In this document: in pieces, positions 9,587 to 19,928 of the stretch
How positions within the stretch are numbered: position 1 is the stretch's first letter
Layout: each line of letters starts with the position of its first letter
Assembly (NCBI GenBank): GCA_003232915.1
Contig: QIKE01000106.1
Span: 2,703 to 66,702, forward strand
Direction of reading: 5' to 3'
DNA length: 64,000 nt
Origin: Bacteroidota bacterium
GTDB lineage: Bacteria > Bacteroidota > Bacteroidia > Bacteroidales > F082
Position numbers and translations under genes: made by a program
Notes under the pieces: model-generated
The model's database searches: none
Told to the model about the DNA's origin: nothing
The model's input: the letters and a program-made list of their open reading frames with translations, nothing else

Positions 9587-11515
9587 GTGAGTGCGGTAGC
9601 TAAGAAAATATTGTTAGAATATTGGGGATATTCCTCCTTCAGACCTTTGCAAGAGGAGATTATCGACTCTATTTTGCAAAAAAACGATACATTGGCACTT
9701 TTGCCTACGGGAGGTGGCAAATCGGTATGTTTTCAAATTCCAGCTCTTGTCAACAAAGGTATGTGTTTGGTAATAAGCCCTTTAATAGCTTTGATGAAGG
9801 ATCAAGTCGGACAACTCAAGAATCGAAAAATCCCTGCCAAAGCCATTTATACGGGCATGTATTTTTCCGAAATAGATTCGGTATTAAACAATGCAATTTA
9901 TGGTAAGTTAAAGTTTCTTTATGTTTCGCCCGAACGATTGATGAATCAAGATTTTCAACATGCTCTTGCCGAAATAAACATCAATCTTATTGCTGTTGAC
10001 GAGGCCCATTGTATTTCGCAATGGGGATACGATTTCAGGCCGCCGTATCTAAAAATTGCCAAACTAAGAGAATACTTGCACGGAGTACCGGTGCTTGCGC
10101 TTACAGCCACCGCCACAACAGATGTTGTGGAAGATATTCAGCAAAAATTGCATTTTAAACAACATAATGTTTTCAAGGCAAGTTTTGAAAGGAAAAACCT
10201 TGCTTATAGTGTTTATCGCGAATCGGACAAAACTTACAGAATACTGCAAGTGCTCTCTAACGAAAAAGGTTCGGCAATAGTGTATGTACGCAACCGGAGG
10301 AAAACAAGAGAACTGGCCGAAATTTTGGTGAAAAACAAAATCGGAGCAACATTTTATCATGCCGGATTAAATGCCGCACAACGTGATGAGCGACAAAAAG
10401 AGTGGACAAAAAGTAGAATACAGATAATTGTGGCTACCAATGCTTTTGGAATGGGGATCGACAAACCCGATGTGCGACAGGTAATTCATTACAATCTTCC
10501 TTCCGATATCGAATCATATTTTCAGGAAGCAGGCCGAGCAGGCCGTGATGGTAAAGAATCGGTAGCAAGCCTTTTGTTCAACAACAATGATATTGCTTAT
10601 GCTCGCAAAAAACTAGAAGAATCTTTCCCCGAGCTAAAAATTATTCGGAATGTGTATAATGCACTCGGGAATTTTTTTAAACTTCCCGAAGGTGCCGGAA
10701 AAGATGTTGGTTTTGAATTCAAATTAAACGATTTTGCCAATACTTTTAATATGCCATTGTTAACAGTTTACAACTCTATTAAATTTCTTGAACGAGAAGG
10801 CTATTTTGTTTACGACGAAAGTGCCGGACATTTTTCCAAATTAAAAATTAATGTAAATAATGTTGATATATACCGTTTTATAGTTGAAAATTCCAAATTC
10901 GAACGTTTGCTGAAAGAATTGCTACGTTCTTACGCTGGCATTTTTACCGATTATGTAAATATCAACGAAAAGCAAATTGCGAGACGTTCGGGAATATCAC
11001 TCGAAAAAGTTTTTCAAAAGCTGGTATATTTATCAAAACTGAAATTGATAACTTATATTCCAATAAAAGCAAACCCTCAAATTTTCTACAATACCGAACG
11101 ACTGCCTGCAACACACATTACCTTGTCGAACGAAAATTACCGGAATTTGAAAGAAGCAGCCACGAGACGTTTGAATGCTCTCGTGGCCTTTTTAACCAAC
11201 GACAAAGAATGCCGAAGTTTGCAATTGTTGCGTTACTTCGGCGAAAAGAAAAATATCCGTTGTGGGGTGTGTGATGTTTGTCACAAAATAAACGAAACTG
11301 AGCTTAACGACAAAGAATTCGATTCCATAAAAGTGCAAGTTAATCGTCAGCTATCGCAAAAACCTTTGCATTTATATGAATTGATTCCTCGTATTAATAA
11401 TTTTTCAGAAAAAAAAGTACTTGCTGTTATTCAGTGGCTTATTGATAACGGTAGCTTGTTGCGAAACAAAAATGAAACCCTTAGCTGCGACGAACAATTG
11501 GATTTGGAACTATAA
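9587..11515 (+). CDS. recQ: ATP-dependent DNA helicase, RecQ family
   Basis: LPTGGGKS, DEAHCISQWGYDFRP, QEAGRAGRDG, Zn-binding CR...CGVCDVC; GTG start. Confidence 0.95.
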   Translation: MSAVAKKILLEYWGYSSFRPLQEEIIDSILQKNDTLALLPTGGGKSVCFQIPALVNKGMCLVISPLIALMKDQVGQLKNRKIPAKAIYTGMYFSEIDSVLNNAIYGKLKFLYVSPERLMNQDFQHALAEININLIAVDEAHCISQWGYDFRPPYLKIAKLREYLHGVPVLALTATATTDVVEDIQQKLHFKQHNVFKASFERKNLAYSVYRESDKTYRILQVLSNEKGSAIVYVRNRRKTRELAEILVKNKIGATFYHAGLNAAQRDERQKEWTKSRIQIIVATNAFGMGIDKPDVRQVIHYNLPSDIESYFQEAGRAGRDGKESVASLLFNNNDIAYARKKLEESFPELKIIRNVYNALGNFFKLPEGAGKDVGFEFKLNDFANTFNMPLLTVYNSIKFLEREGYFVYDESAGHFSKLKINVNNVDIYRFIVENSKFERLLKELLRSYAGIFTDYVNINEKQIARRSGISLEKVFQKLVYLSKLKLITYIPIKANPQIFYNTERLPATHITLSNENYRNLKEAATRRLNALVAFLTNDKECRSLQLLRYFGEKKNIRCGVCDVCHKINETELNDKEFDSIKVQVNRQLSQKPLHLYELIPRINNFSEKKVLAVIQWLIDNGSLLRNKNETLSCDEQLDLEL

Positions 11516-11591
11516 AGAATTTTAAAAAAAATACATAAGCGAAAATATCTTGCTCAGGACTTATGAAAAATAAAGTAAGCGCAAAGTAGTG

Positions 11592-11996
11592 TTATTCTCC
11601 ATAAAAAACCCTGTTGATAAGTTTTTCGAGTTGTACGGGACGATAAGGTTTTGTAAGATATTCGTCCATACCTGCCGCAATACAATTGTCGCGATCGTGT
11701 TCCATAGCATATGCTGTTATGGCAAATATCGGAATACGTTTTTTTACTCCGAGTTGCTTTTCATATTTCCTAATTTCAGCAGTGGCGTCGAGGCCACTCA
11801 TAACAGGCATTTGAATATCCATCAGAATAAGATCATAATTGTTTTCAAGAAATTTTTCTACACCGATTTTGCCGTTGTGAGCAAAATCAATCTCGTGCCC
11901 CATTCGTTTCAAAATGGCATTGGCAAACTTTGCATTTAATGTATTGTCCTCAACAACAAGAACTTTCAGTTTTCTATTTTTATTTGTCTTATTCAT
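11592..11996 (-). CDS. Single-domain response regulator (receiver only)
   Basis: VVEDN, ILMDIQMP, AITA, LTKPY; no output domain. Confidence 0.92.
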   Translation of the reverse strand: MNKTNKNRKLKVLVVEDNTLNAKFANAILKRMGHEIDFAHNGKIGVEKFLENNYDLILMDIQMPVMSGLDATAEIRKYEKQLGVKKRIPIFAITAYAMEHDRDNCIAAGMDEYLTKPYRPVQLEKLINRVFYGE

Positions 11997-12016
11997 CTTT
12001 ATGGCTTACGAAAATA

Positions 12017-13555
12017 TTAAAAATCTTTTTTTACAGATAAATTATTAATTATTTTAATTAGTTCCGATTTTATTAAAGGTTTTGTAATATAATAGACGAA
12101 ACCCTGTAGGAGTATTTCTTCTTCTTCTCCCATTTGCTGATAAGACGATAAGCCGATAAAAGGTATTTCGGCATATCCGGGATAATCGTGTCTTATTTTG
12201 CTTATCAACGGTTCATTGCTCTGGTAAGTATTTATTACTGTGTCGATAAATATCAAATCGAATTTTGTTCCTTTCTCTTTTAAGTGTTCAATATGTTTTA
12301 GCGTTTCTTCTCTGTTTTGGGAAATGTATATTGTTCCTAAATTTATAAGCATTTTTTTCAAAAGCATTCCGTCGAGTTTTTCCCGATCTGCTACAAGGAT
12401 ATTCATGTTTTTTGATGAAAATTCTTCGAGCTTTTGTCCTTGTCGAAATTTTGTTGCCGATACTACTTCCCCTACATCTTCTTTTGGTTTTGCTATTTTT
12501 TCTTTGTGATAAGGAAAGGTAATTGTAACGGTGGTACCCATAGTTTTCTCCGATTCGATAACGATATTGCCATCAATCTTTTTTAAAAGTTCTTTTACCA
12601 AAGGCAAACCCAGCCATGTACTTTGGTAGTTGTCTTTAGAATAGCCGAGACTTTGCTGCCGGTAAGGTTCGAAAATATCAGGAAGGTAAGCTTTATCAAT
12701 ACCGATGCCCGTATCTTTAACTACCCAAAACAAATGTTTGTCTTCATCATTATATCCTGTAATGATTTTTACGTAGCCTTTTTCGGTGAATTTAATTGCG
12801 TTGTCGATTAAGTTTATGAAAATATGACGCAATACGTCGTTGTCGGAGGTGAAAACAGGACAGCCTTTGTCTTCTATCACGAGTTTTAATTTTTTTTCTT
12901 TGGCTTTCATATTAAATTCTTCCAATAGCTCTTGGGTGATATGAACCAAATTGCAATCTTCGTTTTTCAGCTCTAAAGTGTTGGCTTCAATGCGGCTGAT
13001 ATCGATAATGTTGTTGAGGATATACATTAGCGATTCGCCGCTACTTTTAATGTCGCGAGTATATTCGAAAAGTTCGGTTTCTTCGTTCATGGCAAATTCG
13101 TTTTCGAGAAGTATCGAAAAACCAATAATACCGTTAAGATTAGTACGAATACTATGGCCAAGATTAGAAAGTAAAATGCTGTTTTTCAACGAGTCGTTTT
13201 TTGTTCTGTCCAACGAATTTTGTAGTGCTTTATAATTAATGGTCATATCTTCGATTTCTTCTTTTATTTCTTCGATTTTTACAGTTATTTTAGTTTCTTT
13301 GTTTTTATCAAAGGTGTCGAGTTTTTCTTTTAGTTTTTGATTTTGTGTTTCAAGAATCTCAATTTGTTGCAAAAAATGTTTTTTTCTTTTTTGCGTAAGA
13401 TAAAAAAGAAAAATGCCTATGATGATGATGATAGCCGATATTACAAACAAACCGGATGTGTTTACTTTGGCTGCCACATTTTTGGTGGTTGCGTAAACCG
13501 GAATTGTGGCAAGTAGTTCAACAAAAAGCAGATATCGTTTCTTTAGTCTTATCAC
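12017..13555 (-). CDS. Membrane-anchored hybrid histidine kinase with atypical motifs
   Basis: TM helix, coiled coil, H-box GHSIRTNLN, NLIDNAIKFT, DTGIGI, altered G2 box STWLGL, degenerate receiver. Confidence 0.85.
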   Translation of the reverse strand: MIRLKKRYLLFVELLATIPVYATTKNVAAKVNTSGLFVISAIIIIIGIFLFYLTQKRKKHFLQQIEILETQNQKLKEKLDTFDKNKETKITVKIEEIKEEIEDMTINYKALQNSLDRTKNDSLKNSILLSNLGHSIRTNLNGIIGFSILLENEFAMNEETELFEYTRDIKSSGESLMYILNNIIDISRIEANTLELKNEDCNLVHITQELLEEFNMKAKEKKLKLVIEDKGCPVFTSDNDVLRHIFINLIDNAIKFTEKGYVKIITGYNDEDKHLFWVVKDTGIGIDKAYLPDIFEPYRQQSLGYSKDNYQSTWLGLPLVKELLKKIDGNIVIESEKTMGTTVTITFPYHKEKIAKPKEDVGEVVSATKFRQGQKLEEFSSKNMNILVADREKLDGMLLKKMLINLGTIYISQNREETLKHIEHLKEKGTKFDLIFIDTVINTYQSNEPLISKIRHDYPGYAEIPFIGLSSYQQMGEEEEILLQGFVYYITKPLIKSELIKIINNLSVKKDF

Positions 13556-14385
13556 AGCTTTTTTTTGTTAATTATTGGTTTTAAAGCTACAAACAAATGT
13601 TCATTTTTGTTTGTTGCATAGCGTTCAATATTTTGTATGTGTATCAAATCGCTTCGAGGATCAACAATTTTTACTTCAAAACCACAATCTGCAAGCCTTT
13701 GGCTATAGTCGGATCCGTAAATCCTAACATGGTCGGATTGTCCGAAATGTTTTTCCCTTTCCTTCGGTGTTTTATAGCGATCGTCTTCATAGGTTTTTTC
13801 TAATTTCTGCGAATAGGGTACTTGCAAAATGGCTTTACCGCCAGGTTTTAATACTCTATACAACTCATGCATAGCCGTAACATCATCAGGGATATGTTCG
13901 AGTACATGGTTGCACATTATCCAGCAGAAACTGTTATTGGCAAAAGGAAGTTCCAATAAATCAAGCACTTCTATTTTCGAGTTGTAATAAAATCCTTCTT
14001 GATATTTTGTTCCAGGATGATAATTGATATTTTTGGCATTTTTAAAAACATCATACAAAGAGGCTTCGGGGGCAATGTGTAATAAAGAGATGCCTTTTTT
14101 AAAAAAATCAGTTTCATATTTTAAGTACAGCATTATAAGCCGATCGCGGTCGGTACTTTGGCAATAAGGACAAATGTCGTTGTTTCGCCGTCCGGCACCT
14201 ACAATTTCCATTTCTTTTATTACTGCCACATCGAAACCTCCCCAAAGCATTGTCCTAAAACTATGGTTGCAAACAGGACATTCGTAACGATGTCCATAAT
14301 AATAAACCCCTTTCAAACTCAGTAAGATGTGTTTGAGCCGGTGTCCGAACCTGTCGGGAAGATATCGTTTTATTTTTTGAATCAA
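13552..14385 (-). CDS. Class I SAM-dependent methyltransferase with N-terminal CxxC...CxxC
   Basis: CPVC...CPYC, LLHIAPE, CNHVLEHIPDD..AM.ELYRVLKPGG, FGQSDHVR. Confidence 0.85.
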   Translation of the reverse strand: MIQKIKRYLPDRFGHRLKHILLSLKGVYYYGHRYECPVCNHSFRTMLWGGFDVAVIKEMEIVGAGRRNNDICPYCQSTDRDRLIMLYLKYETDFFKKGISLLHIAPEASLYDVFKNAKNINYHPGTKYQEGFYYNSKIEVLDLLELPFANNSFCWIMCNHVLEHIPDDVTAMHELYRVLKPGGKAILQVPYSQKLEKTYEDDRYKTPKEREKHFGQSDHVRIYGSDYSQRLADCGFEVKIVDPRSDLIHIQNIERYATNKNEHLFVALKPIINKKKL

Positions 14386-14393
14386 AACTCAGG

Positions 14394-16073
14394 TCATTTT
14401 CGTGTAATTATTTCACTTTTAACGCCTGTTTTTGTACTAAGTTTCAAAAGATAGTGATTTGCCTGTAATTTCTTTATGTCGAAACGGATAGTGTACAACA
14501 AATCCTTAGTACAATTTTGCTGTTTGTGTATAACAATTCTCCCTTCCATACTAACTATTTCGAGGGTTACAAGCAGTTGTTGTTTTGTGGAAAAGGAAAC
14601 ATTCAGATATTGATTTAACGGATTAGGAAAAACTTGTAATTTGTTGATGCCACTATTGTTTTGCTTCTTAATGTCGGCGTAAGGGTCGTGTGTTTCGAAA
14701 GCTCCGGCATCGAAAAAAGTGTGGAAAGGTCGCGAACGATTCAAAATATCGAAAGTAACTCCTTGAGAACTCAGGTTTTTTCCGTAATTGACGGCTGGGG
14801 ATGATGGCTGTAAGTCGAAATTGCCGGTTGCGTAATCAAGAAAACGTACTGCAACGTTAGAAGCATTAAGATAATTGTTTTCGATTTGCACGTTTTCCGG
14901 ATTCACATTATTGTTAATGTATGCATTGTTGCCAATTAGTGGAAATTGTCCGGGATCAGTAATGAGGTTGTTGATCACCTGTGTTGATGTCATTTCGCTA
15001 TTTGATATGGTGATACCGAACGATTTGGGTTCTACAATAGTGTTGTTGTAAATTCCAAGAATGGCATTGATATCCGTAACCACTTGCCCCACATAAATGC
15101 CGTGTTTGAAATCGTTGGGATTGTTGGGATGATAGTTTTTTCCTGCTCTGACAATCAGGTTGTTAAAGACTTCATGGTTTCCCAGTCCGAGAATGTCGAT
15201 GCCGTCGCCGTTACCTTCGATAATTCTATTGTTATAGGTTTTGCACTTACTGCCGCCGCCAAGCAAAATTCCCGACATTTGTCCTGATGAGTCGGCTCTT
15301 GAGTCGAAACGAATAGTGTTGTCGTAAATGCTACAGTTTTCGTCGGCCGAACTAACCTGTATGCCATCCCAGCCTGTGTTTTCGACAAGATTGTTAAAAA
15401 TTCTTACGCCGCGAATAACATGTGGAAATACTGTCGTGTCGCAGCCCAAAAGGTGTTGCCCGGTATATTTCGAGCTTCCTATATACAATCCTTCGTCTTG
15501 CGTATCGTGGATGTAGCAATCGTGTAACCAAAAGTTGTACATAGTAAATTTGTCGCGAGTCGATGAAAAGTTGTCGCAAGTGGGGTCGGTTTTGGCATAA
15601 ACACCGGCAATGGCCGTATGTGCTATTTCCATAAAAGCTATTTCCACGTTGGTACTCAAATCGCCTACCGACAAACCGGCGCCACCGCCAACGCGCTGAA
15701 TTTGAATGCCATATTGAATGCCACTATCTCCATTGCCCAATATACGTATAAAGGAACAATCCGCTATTTTCATTCCGTAATAATGATCGGTATTTATAAC
15801 TATAGCCCCGTTTTTGTTGATAAAAGTTACCGGACGCTCTGCCGTACCGTGTACATTACGGATGAGTAGATAATCTTTGCTACCGCCGAGCAAACAAACA
15901 GTTTCGCCAGGTTGGATAACAATACTTTTTCCATCAATCAATTGTATGTCTGCTGCTATTTCTCTGCTGCAATTTTGTGCATGTATAACCAGTGCGAGCA
16001 ATAGGAGAAAAATCAAAAAAATGGTGGCTATATTACATTGTTTTTTCATCATCCTCGTTTTGCTCTTTCCCAA
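14394..16073 (-). CDS. Right-handed parallel beta-helix protein with T9SS sorting domain
   Basis: Signal peptide, repeated ..I.NN.I....G.GI coils, FDLQPSSPAVN.G, DAGAFE, C-terminal VFPNPL CTD. Confidence 0.85.
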   Translation of the reverse strand: MGKSKTRMMKKQCNIATIFLIFLLLLALVIHAQNCSREIAADIQLIDGKSIVIQPGETVCLLGGSKDYLLIRNVHGTAERPVTFINKNGAIVINTDHYYGMKIADCSFIRILGNGDSGIQYGIQIQRVGGGAGLSVGDLSTNVEIAFMEIAHTAIAGVYAKTDPTCDNFSSTRDKFTMYNFWLHDCYIHDTQDEGLYIGSSKYTGQHLLGCDTTVFPHVIRGVRIFNNLVENTGWDGIQVSSADENCSIYDNTIRFDSRADSSGQMSGILLGGGSKCKTYNNRIIEGNGDGIDILGLGNHEVFNNLIVRAGKNYHPNNPNDFKHGIYVGQVVTDINAILGIYNNTIVEPKSFGITISNSEMTSTQVINNLITDPGQFPLIGNNAYINNNVNPENVQIENNYLNASNVAVRFLDYATGNFDLQPSSPAVNYGKNLSSQGVTFDILNRSRPFHTFFDAGAFETHDPYADIKKQNNSGINKLQVFPNPLNQYLNVSFSTKQQLLVTLEIVSMEGRIVIHKQQNCTKDLLYTIRFDIKKLQANHYLLKLSTKTGVKSEIITRK

Positions 16074-17242
16074 TTTACTGTTTGCTTTCCTTTCAAATAA
16101 CGTCTTATTCCCATAAACACAGCATAATTCATAATAAAAAAATAATATGGTATAAATAATATTTTGACACTAATTTTCCGGTTTTCCAAATACCAGCCTG
16201 TTAAAGCCATAAAGTAAAACAAAACTTCTCCGTAGAAAAGCAATGTATAAACATTGCTAAAATTATAAAAACCGTAGTTCCATGCGAGTAGCAAATTGAA
16301 AATGAATATTAAAGGTAAAGAAAGAGGTGCCACTGTCCAGCGCAAAACTCTGTGCGAAATGTATTGAAAACTTAAAATTCCGTATTTGAATATATTGAGC
16401 AAAGGTGTTAGTCTGACGATTGATTGAATTCCTCCGGCGGCAATTCTTATTTTTCGTTTTAGCTCTTCTTTTACATTGGCTGATGCATTTTCGATGGCAA
16501 AGGCTTGGGAATCGTACTGAATGGTATAACCTTTCATAGCTATACGTAGTGAAATAATAAAATCGTCGAGAAGGGTATCTTTTTCAACGGCTTCGAACAA
16601 CTTGGTACGTATAGCAAACAGTTCGCCGGCAGCACCCACTACCGAATATAGTTCGGCATCCCAATTTTTTAGTTTCGACTCGTATTTCCAGTAAATGCCT
16701 TCGGTTCCGGCTGCCGTATCTTTTTCTTTATCAAGTATTCGTTTTTCGCCTGATACGCAGCCTACTTTGCGATTGGCAAAAAGATTAACCATCCTTCTTA
16801 CCGATTCTTTTCCTAACATAGTATTACCGTCGGAAAAAATAACAATGGGCGTTTTTACAAATTGCATTCCGCGATTCATAGCTCCTATTTTACCGCCGCG
16901 TGCTGCTTGGTGATATACTTCTATTCCTTTGTCAACATATTTTTTCAGCAAATCGGGAGTGCCGTCGTCCGAACCGTCGGTAATCCATACTTGCCTGATT
17001 TTTTTGCTGGGGTATTCCAATCCGAAAGAGTTGTTTACTTTGGCATCGACATAATCTTTTTCGTTGTATGCGGCTACAAACAAGGTAACCTCAGGTTCGT
17101 AATTTTCAGTTTCGTATTGTATATTTTTTTTAACAAAAAATCGTTTTAGTTTTACAAGGACAAAAAGTAAAATTCCGTAGCCGAGATAAGCATAAAAAAC
17201 AAGAAATAACAAAAGCCAAAAAAAAATTTTAATAACCGGCAT
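16049..17242 (-). CDS. Glycosyltransferase family 2, membrane-bound
   Basis: VAAYNE, TDGSDD, FSDGN, LLDDF, RKIRIAAG; N- and C-terminal TM helices. Confidence 0.92.
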   Translation of the reverse strand: MPVIKIFFWLLLFLVFYAYLGYGILLFVLVKLKRFFVKKNIQYETENYEPEVTLFVAAYNEKDYVDAKVNNSFGLEYPSKKIRQVWITDGSDDGTPDLLKKYVDKGIEVYHQAARGGKIGAMNRGMQFVKTPIVIFSDGNTMLGKESVRRMVNLFANRKVGCVSGEKRILDKEKDTAAGTEGIYWKYESKLKNWDAELYSVVGAAGELFAIRTKLFEAVEKDTLLDDFIISLRIAMKGYTIQYDSQAFAIENASANVKEELKRKIRIAAGGIQSIVRLTPLLNIFKYGILSFQYISHRVLRWTVAPLSLPLIFIFNLLLAWNYGFYNFSNVYTLLFYGEVLFYFMALTGWYLENRKISVKILFIPYYFFIMNYAVFMGIRRYLKGKQTVNWERAKRG

Positions 17243-17249
17243 AGTAGTA

Positions 17250-18056
17250 TTATTTTATGATTTTTCGTGCACCCATATTTAAATTGTCCACTTCAAGAAT
17301 TTCAAAATGATCGATATTTTGTAAAATTTCCGTAAGTTGTTCTCTTCCGCTATGTACTGATTCCATAACAATTAAGATGTTGGGATAGGTTTGTAGAAAT
17401 TTTCGTGCACCTTCGAGAACCTGAACTTCCATTCCTTCCACATCAATTTTCATAAAAATACGGTCGGTGAGTTTTATATCAAGTTCGGATATTATTTCAT
17501 CGAGTGGTACAACTTCGGCCTCCAAAGTTTTTTCCACAAAAGGTTTATAATTGTCGTCGGGTTCGATATCGGCTTTGTGGGATGCTCCGGTATTTGTCAA
17601 GTCGAATTTAAAATCGGTTTTATACCTTTTGGCGCCGAGCGCAAAAGGAAACAGCATAATTTTGTTTTCCAAATTGTTTAAAATTACATTAAGGCGTAAG
17701 GCTTTAAAATTTGAACTTATCGGCTCGAATGCATAAACTCGCATTCCGTCGTTGGCTGATAAAATTGCATAGGTACCAATATTTGAACCTATGTCGATAA
17801 AAACATTATATTCGCTATAATGCGAATAATAAAACTGCTTTACCGGCCATTCGTAAGCATAGTTGGCAAACTGGAAATCAAGTGTGCCTTTTCTAACAAT
17901 AAAAGTGCCCAAACTGGTTTTAATAAGTTGTGTCCTCGAAGTGGTTCTTTTTGTTAAAAGATACTTCAAGGAGGTGAATATATATCTGAATTCCTTATAC
18001 TTGACAAAGTCTTTGAAGTATCTTAAAAAAGTAATAATTTTATGCATAATATACAA
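17250..18056 (-). CDS. FkbM family methyltransferase
   Basis: IDIGSNIG, AFEP, MKIDVEGME..VL.GA. Confidence 0.92.
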   Translation of the reverse strand: MYIMHKIITFLRYFKDFVKYKEFRYIFTSLKYLLTKRTTSRTQLIKTSLGTFIVRKGTLDFQFANYAYEWPVKQFYYSHYSEYNVFIDIGSNIGTYAILSANDGMRVYAFEPISSNFKALRLNVILNNLENKIMLFPFALGAKRYKTDFKFDLTNTGASHKADIEPDDNYKPFVEKTLEAEVVPLDEIISELDIKLTDRIFMKIDVEGMEVQVLEGARKFLQTYPNILIVMESVHSGREQLTEILQNIDHFEILEVDNLNMGARKIIK

Positions 18057-18087
18057 ATTAAGTACGAAGTAGATAGCTATTTTTTAT

Positions 18088-18711
18088 CTAATTTTTTTTA
18101 ACTTTTTCCCAGTTTTTTGTTTTCGTATTGTATTGCTTTAGCAATCTACCCGGATTTCCACCTACGATAGAATAAGGTGGCACATTTTTTATTACCACAC
18201 AACCCGCAGCCACTACGGAATGTTTTCCAACGGTAACGCCTGCAGTAATTACTGCGTTTGCGCCGACCCAAACGTCATCTTCAATAATAATGGGCTTGGT
18301 TTGAATTGGTTGCAGACTTGGCGGAGTGTCGATGTCTTCGTAGCCATGATTAAGCCCTGATAAAACCACGTTTTGTGCAAACATCACATCATTGCCGATG
18401 CTGACCGGCCCTATCAATACGTTTCCTATGCCGATACGCGTACGGTCGCCGATAACGACATCGCCCACTCCATTGTTTATTGTGGCAAAATCTTCAACGG
18501 TAGAGTCGTTTCCTAACACAAAATTGTTGAATGGCAACACATCCATTCGTGTACGCCGTCTCACGAGCGAATGTTTTCCTTTTTTGTGTTTCAGTGGATT
18601 AACAAACCATTTTACCCACAAACGCGGACGTGCTTGATTGTGAGGTATTAGCATCCACAAAGCAAACATTTTTAGCTTAGGGTTTGATTTTATTTTTTCA
18701 ATAAGTGCCAT
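18088..18711 (-). CDS. Hexapeptide-repeat O-acyltransferase
   Basis: Left-handed beta-helix repeats IEDDVWVGANAVITAGVTVGKHSVVAAG, GGNPGR. Confidence 0.92.
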   Translation of the reverse strand: MALIEKIKSNPKLKMFALWMLIPHNQARPRLWVKWFVNPLKHKKGKHSLVRRRTRMDVLPFNNFVLGNDSTVEDFATINNGVGDVVIGDRTRIGIGNVLIGPVSIGNDVMFAQNVVLSGLNHGYEDIDTPPSLQPIQTKPIIIEDDVWVGANAVITAGVTVGKHSVVAAGCVVIKNVPPYSIVGGNPGRLLKQYNTKTKNWEKVKKN

Positions 18712-19912
18712 TTTCTTTATTTCTTTCTATTTTTTCTATTTTTTCATATATAGCCTCTACATTGGCTTCCCAAGTATGGCTACGTGCGAGTTTTTCGCGT
18801 TCTATTTCTTTTTCAATCGTATTTTCTTTTAAGGCTTTTTCTACGAGTTCGAGATATTCTTCTTTGTTGGCGGCAAGGTATACGTAATCGGCAAACACAC
18901 CCATAGCTTTGGTTTTAGTAGCTACCGTCGGTTTGCCCATAGCGAGATACTCGTCGATTTTGCGTGGATAATTACCAATAGTTACCTCATTGAGTTTCTG
19001 TGGGTTGAGTGCCACATCGAAGGCGTAAAGGTAAGCCGGCAGTTCTTCCATTTTTTTTCTACCGAGAAAATAAACATTGTTGAGTTTGTGGAGTTGGCTT
19101 GCCTTAAATTCGTCGTCTTCGGGTCCTACAAGCACAATCGACCAACCGGGGCGGTTGGTGGCAAGATGAAGTAACACGTCAATATCAAGCCGAAGAGTGT
19201 AAAGAACGCCGATATATCCTATAATTGGCTTTTTGATGTTTTGTATATCGTCGGGAACTTTTACAATAAGTTTTTTATCGAACAGGCTCACGTCGCAACC
19301 TTGTCCTACATAAAACGAGTTCGGATTAAACCGGCTGGCTAACTCGGCAAGATAGGTTGAATTGGCAACAATCAAATCAACTTTTTTCATCAATGCAGCT
19401 TCGACACGTATGCCTTGTGTTTTCCAGTAGTCAACAGCAATCATATTGTCGCGAGTATAATATATGTGGGTTTTGGCAGCAATCATTTCTTTCAGATAAA
19501 AGCTACGGAACATGTCGGTATCGTTAAAAATAATAATATCCTTGAAATTCAAATCTCGAACTGCTTTGTTAATTTCTTTTGCAAAACGTTTATTGTTGAC
19601 TTTGTTTAAGATGTCGAACAACCAATTAAAAGGTAATTGATTGATAGATTCGAGAATTGTGAGTGGGAAAAAACTCCAAAGGTTATCGTTTATTTTTTTT
19701 AGATTCGATTCTTTGTTTTTGAGCATCCGCAGACGTTTTAGAATGAGTGGATCTTTTTTTTCTCTATAAATCGTTAATCTGTCAAGGGGATAATTTACAT
19801 ACAAAACCCTGTTGTTATTCGAAAATTCGAGGGCGAGATTAATTACGTTGCTTCCGATTCGGCTATCGAGAGCAGCAAGTCCAACCATTATAATGTCTCT
19901 GTTTTTTATCAT
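18698..19912 (-). CDS. Glycosyltransferase (GT4/TuaH-like)
   Basis: IIGYIG, LPAYL..FDVALNP, YPRKIDEYLAMGKP.V. Confidence 0.9.
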   Translation of the reverse strand: MIKNRDIIMVGLAALDSRIGSNVINLALEFSNNNRVLYVNYPLDRLTIYREKKDPLILKRLRMLKNKESNLKKINDNLWSFFPLTILESINQLPFNWLFDILNKVNNKRFAKEINKAVRDLNFKDIIIFNDTDMFRSFYLKEMIAAKTHIYYTRDNMIAVDYWKTQGIRVEAALMKKVDLIVANSTYLAELASRFNPNSFYVGQGCDVSLFDKKLIVKVPDDIQNIKKPIIGYIGVLYTLRLDIDVLLHLATNRPGWSIVLVGPEDDEFKASQLHKLNNVYFLGRKKMEELPAYLYAFDVALNPQKLNEVTIGNYPRKIDEYLAMGKPTVATKTKAMGVFADYVYLAANKEEYLELVEKALKENTIEKEIEREKLARSHTWEANVEAIYEKIEKIERNKENGTY

Positions 19913-19928
19913 AGCTACTCAACTTTTA

